In this document: piece by piece, positions 59,143-64,000 of the stretch
How the letters are laid out: each line of letters opens with the position of its first letter
How positions within the stretch are numbered: position 1 is the first letter of the stretch
Assembly (NCBI GenBank): GCA_016935555.1
Contig: JAFGQR010000160.1
Location: forward strand, 3,062-67,061
Origin: Verrucomicrobiota bacterium
GTDB taxonomy: Bacteria > Verrucomicrobiota > Verrucomicrobiia > Limisphaerales > JAFGQR01
DNA length: 64,000 nucleotides
Direction: 5' to 3'
The notes under the pieces: model-generated
What the model saw: the letters and a program-made list of their open reading frames with translations, nothing else
What the model was told of the DNA's origin: nothing
Databases searched by the model: none
Program-made: the position numbers and the translations under genes

Positions 59143-62100
59143 TCAGCGCTTTTCCAGCCGGAAGAACCCGGCGGGGCTGCTGGCAGACGGGACGAACTGG
59201 AACATCTGGTTGGTGCCGCCGAAGGAGACCACGTTGGTGATGCTCTGCCAGGAGGCGGCGGGCGACAGGCTCCCGGTGTGTTTCAGATCGTATTCGTCGG
59301 TGGTGGCGGACCAGGAGACGATGCAATTCTCGTTGTGCTGGGTGATGAAGAGCATCGGACCCGACGACGGCGACGACTTGAGCAGGGTGAAGTAATCCTC
59401 GGTGACGCCGTTGTTGTTGAGGTATTTGAAGTCGAGCTGGCCGCCGTTGATGTCGATGATCAGCGAGCCGGGGATGCCGGTCTTTTTGAGCAGGTGGGCC
59501 GGGTGCTGGATGTTGAAGGAGTTGCGCGGCTGGCCGCCCACGCCGGCGGTGACGTAGACGGTGCCGATGCGTCCGGGCGCCTGGCGGTAGGCGCCGTTGC
59601 CGTCGAGCTTGCCGTCGCCGGCATCGATCTTGTTGGTGGCGTTGAACGTGGAGGAGAAGCCGTAGTGGCCGTACAACAGCCAGGTGCGCTCGTAGACGTG
59701 CGAGTGGCCGGTCAGCACCAGATCCACCCCGTTGGCTTCGAGCACCGGCAACACATGCTCGCGCATCTGCACCATCCACGCCAGCGTGTCAGTGGTGGAG
59801 TCGGAATCGTGCGAGCCTTTCGAGTACGGCGGGCCGTGCCAGTAGGCGATGGTCCACATCTGACTGGCCAGCGCCAAGTCCTGTCGCAGCCACTCGATCA
59901 TCGGCGTCTCGCTCGAACTGGAGCAGCTGCCGTCGATCGAATCCAGGCAGATGAAATGGATGTCGCCGTAGTTGAACGAATAATACTGCTCCGTGCCGCT
60001 AGGCAGGCCTCCCGCCTCGCCACGCATCGGCAGCGTGAAGCTGGCATAATAGGCCGCGCCCCGCGCGTTCATGTAGTCGTGGTTGCCGATGGTGGGGAAT
60101 ACCGGCAGGTTGCGGAACATGGCGGCGTAGCCGTATGTCGAGCCGAAGACGGTGGCGGTGTAACTGTCATCCTGCCCCGCGACTTGGTCGTTGTCGCCCC
60201 CGGTCAGGAACACGTCTGCGGGTTTTGTGGCTGCGGCGTAGGCCAGATACGCATCGCGCACGCTCGCCTCGGTGGTGTTGGCGAAACCAAAATCGCTCAC
60301 GAAGAAGAGGCGCGTGGGGACGGCGTTGGTCGGGTGGGTGCGGAAATGGTAATCCGCGCCGCCCACGATGGTGACGCCGATGGTGCCCACCGAGTAGTAG
60401 TAGCGCGTGTAGGGGGTGAGGTTGGTGAGGGCGACCTCATGCTCCGTGGTCAAGGCGACGTCCTCGGCGGTGAGGCTCAGGTCGTCCGGCGCCAATCCGT
60501 AGCGCACCTGGGAGTCGCAGGCGGTTTCGGTGCGCCAGCGCACGATCATGCTGGTGGGCGTGCCGACTTGCAGATACGGCGGGCGCACCAGGGTTGGGGG
60601 CGGGAGGTTGGTGTCGAGCAGGTAGGTCCACGTGGCTCCCGGGAACACGTTGGGGGGCGAACACACGTCGGTGAATTCGCCGCTCAAGGCGACTTGGACC
60701 TCGCCCGTCCCAGGCTGCTCGACGAGGAACGCATAGGGTCCGGCGTCGGCGCCGGACACCCCGCTGGCCGGGACGCCATTGAGGAGCAGGTCGCCTGCCT
60801 CCAGCCCCGCGACGGGCTCGTCGAAGGTGAGGTTGACGCGTGTCAGCGAGCGGACGGTGGTGCCGGCCGGGGGCGAGACGGCGGCGAGCGAGGGCGGCAC
60901 GTTGTCGAGGGTGGCATACGTCCAGGAGGCCTCCGGCGCGGCCGCGTCGAAGGCGTTGGCGGGAAACGCGGTGTCGGCGATGCCGTGGCCGGCGGTCCAG
61001 GTGATGGCGGCGGCGCTGGCGTTGGGTTGTGGGAACGTGAAGGTGTACGTGGTGCCACTGCCGCTGACCGCCGCGGCGGGCACGCCGTTGACAAGCAGGT
61101 CGGTTTCATCCACTCCCACGACGGCCTCGGTGAAGGTGATCGTGATCATCGTCAGGTTCGTGGCGGTCAGGGCCGCGTCTGGAACGACTTCCGCCAAGGC
61201 TGGCGGCGTGCGATCGATGAGGGTGTAGCTCCAGGTGGAGCCCGGCGCGGCGAGGTTGAAGGCCACGGGCGGGTTTTCGGTGTCGGTGATATTATGGGTG
61301 GGGGACCAGGTGATGGCGATGTTGCCGTAGGGGGGCTGGGGAAAGGAGAACGTGTAGGTGGTGCCTTCGAGGCTCAGGCCGGTGGCGGCGACGCCGTTGA
61401 CCAGCAGGTCGTCGGGGGTCAGGCCCACCACGGGTTCGCTGAACACCACCCCGATCCGGTCGAGCTGGTTGACCATGGCGCCGGCGACGGGATCCTGGCT
61501 GACGATCACGGGCGCCCGCGGGTTGAGCAGCACGTATTGCCACTTCGAATTCGCGGCGCCGACGTTGAAGGCGCGCGGAGTCGCGTCGAAATCCGCAATC
61601 CCGTGGGTGGCGGCCCAGGTGATGGCCACGGCGCCATAGGCGGGCTGGGCGACGGTGAAGGTGTAGAGGTCATTGCTGGTGCCGCCGCTGACGGCCACGG
61701 CGGGCACGCCGTTGACGAGGAGGTCCTCGGGGTCGACGCCGCTGACGGGTTCATTGAACAGGACGGTGATGTTGGTCAGCTCGAAGATGCTCCCGGCGGG
61801 CGGGGCGACGCGGATGATGCCGGGGCCGACCATGGCCGGGTTGTAGCGGTAGGTGGTCAACTGGGTCTCGAACACGAAATCGTCATTGGTGGCCGCCACG
61901 TTGAAGGCCTGGACGGCCAGCACATTCAGACCCTCCCGCACGTAGCCGTAGGGATCCGGCAGGGCGTAGTTCACCGCCGCCACCCCCGAGGCGGTTTCGG
62001 AGTATTCGACGAGGGCGGCGAACTCGCAGCTGGGTTCGCCAAGGGGCACGTTGACACGGCAGACTTCGACACCGTTGATCCACGCGATGAACCCGTCGTC

Positions 62101-64000
62101 GCTTTGCGCCCGCAGCGTCATGTTGGTCACGTAGGCGGCACGGTCCAGGGTGAAGGATTTCCGCAGAAACACGCACGCATACCCGCCCTCCATGTCCGGC
62201 AGCAGTGTCCCGGGATTCTCCAGATAATCATACGGATCCCCGTAAAACACCGGCGTCGACACCGTCGCCCAATGCGCATCGTCATACTCCGTCTCCCGCC
62301 ATGCGTTCAGCGGGGCGGACGCCTCCTCGGTGCCCTTGAAGGCGCGCCATGCGGCGTTGGTGGGCACCAGCACGACGCCGGCGTTCACGACGTAGTTCCA
62401 GCCGCCGCTCGGCACAAACGCATTGGGCACCGTCGCCCGGTCCGTGATGCCGGGCGCAGTGGCCCACCGGACCACGACCGGCCCGTAGGGCGCGCTCGGG
62501 AAGGTGAACGTGTAGATCGCGCCCGAACCCGACAGTCCCGTGGCCGCCGCGCCGCGGACGATGAGGTCGGAGGCGTTGACGCCGTCGACGGGTTCGCTGA
62601 AGGTCACGGTGATTTGGTTGAGGTTTGTGACGCCGGCCGCGACGGGCGGATCCAGGGCGATGACCACGGGGGCGATTCGGTCGGCCATGGTGTAGTACCA
62701 GCGCGCCCCGGGGCCGCTGGCATCGAACAGCAGCGAGGCGGGATAGCCCCGGTCGGTGATGCCGTGGGACGGCGCCCAGGAGATCCGCACGTTGCCCACG
62801 GGCGGCTGGGCGACGGCGAACACGTAGTTCGATCCGGTGCCGCTGACTGCGGTTGCCGGCGTCCCGTTCAGGAGCAGGTCGCCCGGATCCACGCCGTAGA
62901 CGTCCTCGCTGAAGGTGACCGCGACCTCGGTCAGGGTGTCCAACAGGGCCCCGTCGGGCGGGCTGACCAGGGCGATCACGGGCGCCTCGGTGTTGTCCGG
63001 CGGAGGCACGATAAAGACATTGACGACGGCCGACGTGGCGCGCGCGCCCACGCTGTCGACGGCCACCGCGGCGATGTCGGTGTAGCCGAAGTCGGCGTTG
63101 CTCCACACCATGCTGTAGGGGCGGGTCGCGTCGGCACCGATCGGTTTCCCGTTGGCCAGGAACCACACGTTGGTGACCCCTTCGACGGCGCTTGCCGTGG
63201 CGGCGATGGGCAGGTCGGTCCACCCGTAGTAATCGACCATCGTCGGCTGCGTGAGCACCACGTAGGGGCGCGTGCCGGTTTCCTCGAGCCGCACCGCCAC
63301 GGGCGCATAGGCGTAGGGGCCCGCCGGGATGTTGCCCGGTGCCGGCCCCAGGTAGAGGGTGGACACCAGCGTGAACGACCCGTCCGCACCGGGCGCAATG
63401 TCATCCCACCCCACCATGTCGCCCGAGAGATTATCCCCGGTGTTCATGGCGGCTTCGTCGGGTCCGAGGGCCTCCGGCGCCTCGACGCAGGTCAGCACGC
63501 CGGCCGTGTGCGCCGCCGTCGCCTCCCCGGCGCTGACGAGGGCGAACTGGGTCCAGCGGTTGCGGAATTCCGGCACGCCGCCGACGGCCGTGGCCCGCAG
63601 GCTGTAGCGGCGCGTCGGGTCCAGGCCGGTAAAGAAGTGGAACACGAGCGAGTCGCGGCTCAGCACGATGGCGTGGTTGGCGTCGCCGGCGCCGAAATCG
63701 ACATAGCCGTTGAAGGTGTCGTAGGCGGGGGTGCCGGCCGGCGGCGCGCCGGATGCGCTGTCGCCCAGGGCGCCCAGGGCGAACACATTCAGGAAGACCG
63801 GCAAGGGGGCGCCCGTGGCGATGCTTCGCAGCGGGCCTTCGTCTCCGGGGGCGCCGTCGGTGGTGCCGAAGGCGTTCCAGGCGGAGGCGTTGGGATGGGT
63901 GTTGGCGCCGGCGTAGTGATCGTTATAGGCCACCCACTTGTGCAGGCGCTCGTATACCGTCAGGAGCACCGTCTTCGAGCCCCGGACGCCGCCGTTGTCC
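59143..64000 (-). CDS. Giant secreted protein (5' end beyond window; over 1,600 aa): Ig-like domains, six Ig-like repeats plus jelly-roll, purple-acid-phosphatase-like metallophosphoesterase, C-terminal FFRL module
   Basis: The listed start at 63969 is GTG, and the frame stays open to position 64000 (..DNGGVRGSKTV-LLTVYE), so the gene is probably truncated by the window. The purple-acid-phosphatase N-domain reads PPYLQVGTPTSMIVRWRTE...YGL...TEHEVALTNLTPYTRYYYSVG. Metallophosphatase motifs: FFVSDFG, GGDND, GNHDY, HGPPYS, GHSHVYER. The protein ends CIVSWSATTDEYDLKHTGSLSPAASWQSI...AGFFRLEKR. Confidence 0.85.
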   Translation of the reverse strand, partial: DNGGVRGSKTVLLTVYERLHKWVAYNDHYAGANTHPNASAWNAFGTTDGAPGDEGPLRSIATGAPLPVFLNVFALGALGDSASGAPPAGTPAYDTFNGYVDFGAGDANHAIVLSRDSLVFHFFTGLDPTRRYSLRATAVGGVPEFRNRWTQFALVSAGEATAAHTAGVLTCVEAPEALGPDEAAMNTGDNLSGDMVGWDDIAPGADGSFTLVSTLYLGPAPGNIPAGPYAYAPVAVRLEETGTRPYVVLTQPTMVDYYGWTDLPIAATASAVEGVTNVWFLANGKPIGADATRPYSMVWSNADFGYTDIAAVAVDSVGARATSAVVNVFIVPPPDNTEAPVIALVSPPDGALLDTLTEVAVTFSEDVYGVDPGDLLLNGTPATAVSGTGSNYVFAVAQPPVGNVRISWAPSHGITDRGYPASLLFDASGPGARWYYTMADRIAPVVIALDPPVAAGVTNLNQITVTFSEPVDGVNASDLIVRGAAATGLSGSGAIYTFTFPSAPYGPVVVRWATAPGITDRATVPNAFVPSGGWNYVVNAGVVLVPTNAAWRAFKGTEEASAPLNAWRETEYDDAHWATVSTPVFYGDPYDYLENPGTLLPDMEGGYACVFLRKSFTLDRAAYVTNMTLRAQSDDGFIAWINGVEVCRVNVPLGEPSCEFAALVEYSETASGVAAVNYALPDPYGYVREGLNVLAVQAFNVAATNDDFVFETQLTTYRYNPAMVGPGIIRVAPPAGSIFELTNITVLFNEPVSGVDPEDLLVNGVPAVAVSGGTSNDLYTFTVAQPAYGAVAITWAATHGIADFDATPRAFNVGAANSKWQYVLLNPRAPVIVSQDPVAGAMVNQLDRIGVVFSEPVVGLTPDDLLVNGVAATGLSLEGTTYTFSFPQPPYGNIAITWSPTHNITDTENPPVAFNLAAPGSTWSYTLIDRTPPALAEVVPDAALTATNLTMITITFTEAVVGVDETDLLVNGVPAAAVSGSGTTYTFTFPQPNASAAAITWTAGHGIADTAFPANAFDAAAPEASWTYATLDNVPPSLAAVSPPAGTTVRSLTRVNLTFDEPVAGLEAGDLLLNGVPASGVSGADAGPYAFLVEQPGTGEVQVALSGEFTDVCSPPNVFPGATWTYLLDTNLPPPTLVRPPYLQVGTPTSMIVRWRTETACDSQVRYGLAPDDLSLTAEDVALTTEHEVALTNLTPYTRYYYSVGTIGVTIVGGADYHFRTHPTNAVPTRLFFVSDFGFANTTEASVRDAYLAYAAATKPADVFLTGGDNDQVAGQDDSYTATVFGSTYGYAAMFRNLPVFPTIGNHDYMNARGAAYYASFTLPMRGEAGGLPSGTEQYYSFNYGDIHFICLDSIDGSCSSSSETPMIEWLRQDLALASQMWTIAYWHGPPYSKGSHDSDSTTDTLAWMVQMREHVLPVLEANGVDLVLTGHSHVYERTWLLYGHYGFSSTFNATNKIDAGDGKLDGNGAYRQAPGRIGTVYVTAGVGGQPRNSFNIQHPAHLLKKTGIPGSLIIDINGGQLDFKYLNNNGVTEDYFTLLKSSPSSGPMLFITQHNENCIVSWSATTDEYDLKHTGSLSPAASWQSITNVVSFGGTNQMFQFVPSASSPAGFFRLEKR
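60610..62940 (-). repeat. Coding tandem array of six ~95-aa Ig-like repeats (2 + jelly-roll insert + 4), colinear with the array at 52490..54860
   Basis: Units include [145 protein letters not shown] and VNLTFDEPVAGLEAGDLLLNGVPASGVSG. Boundaries are approximate. Confidence 0.75.

Noticed and set aside
1-64000. Search for CRISPR arrays, tRNA/rRNA genes, transposases, integrases and prophage or defence genes
   Set aside because: No direct-repeat/spacer arrays, cloverleaf-like sequences in intergenic gaps, or recombinase or nuclease motifs were recognised. The intergenic regions are short (at most about 300 bp).

Overview
GC-rich bacterial chromosomal window. The protein architectures suggest a PVC-group or Verrucomicrobiota-like organism, but that is inference only. 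About 30 genes can be supported.

- **Left end (1-15.0 kb):** a Ser/Thr kinase-WD40 gene on the minus strand, absent from the ORF track, pairs with an ECF sigma factor. It is followed by a second ECF sigma factor, an anti-sigma::vWA fusion and a ~2,400-aa internally duplicated membrane giant.
- **Middle (15.0-31.2 kb):** a membrane/DUF3472 fusion, a GT2 glycosyltransferase and hisH. Two giant secreted proteins (beta-helix; LTD/CotH) flank a small GspE-N-like gene, and a Tat-signal TIM-barrel isomerase follows.
- **31.4-41.0 kb:** a tightly coupled seven-gene redox operon with no recognisable terminal enzyme. It encodes a small Tat peptide, a Tat NHL propeller, a NapG-like and a NapH-like protein, a membrane-anchored PQQ-like propeller, a NuoE-NuoF fusion and a 2Fe-2S/GltD-like flavoprotein. 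This is my top candidate for an undescribed system.
- **41.0-45.0 kb:** housekeeping genes (CPBP protease, thiL, tsaE, tsaB, alr).
- **Right end (45.2-64.0 kb):** a minus-strand operon of at least 19 kb. Two giant adhesin-like proteins bracket a HupE/UreJ permease and a TPR protein. One giant is 3,938 aa (LTD/CotH/beta-helix). The other exceeds 1,600 aa (Ig-repeat/purple-acid-phosphatase-like).

All four giant secreted proteins end in the same ~65-aa C-terminal module terminating in [FY][FY]R[LV]. I recognised no rRNA, tRNA, CRISPR, transposase or integrase. Many long ORFs in the supplied track are antisense or out-of-frame shadows typical of GC-rich DNA, and several true starts lie well inside the listed ORFs.
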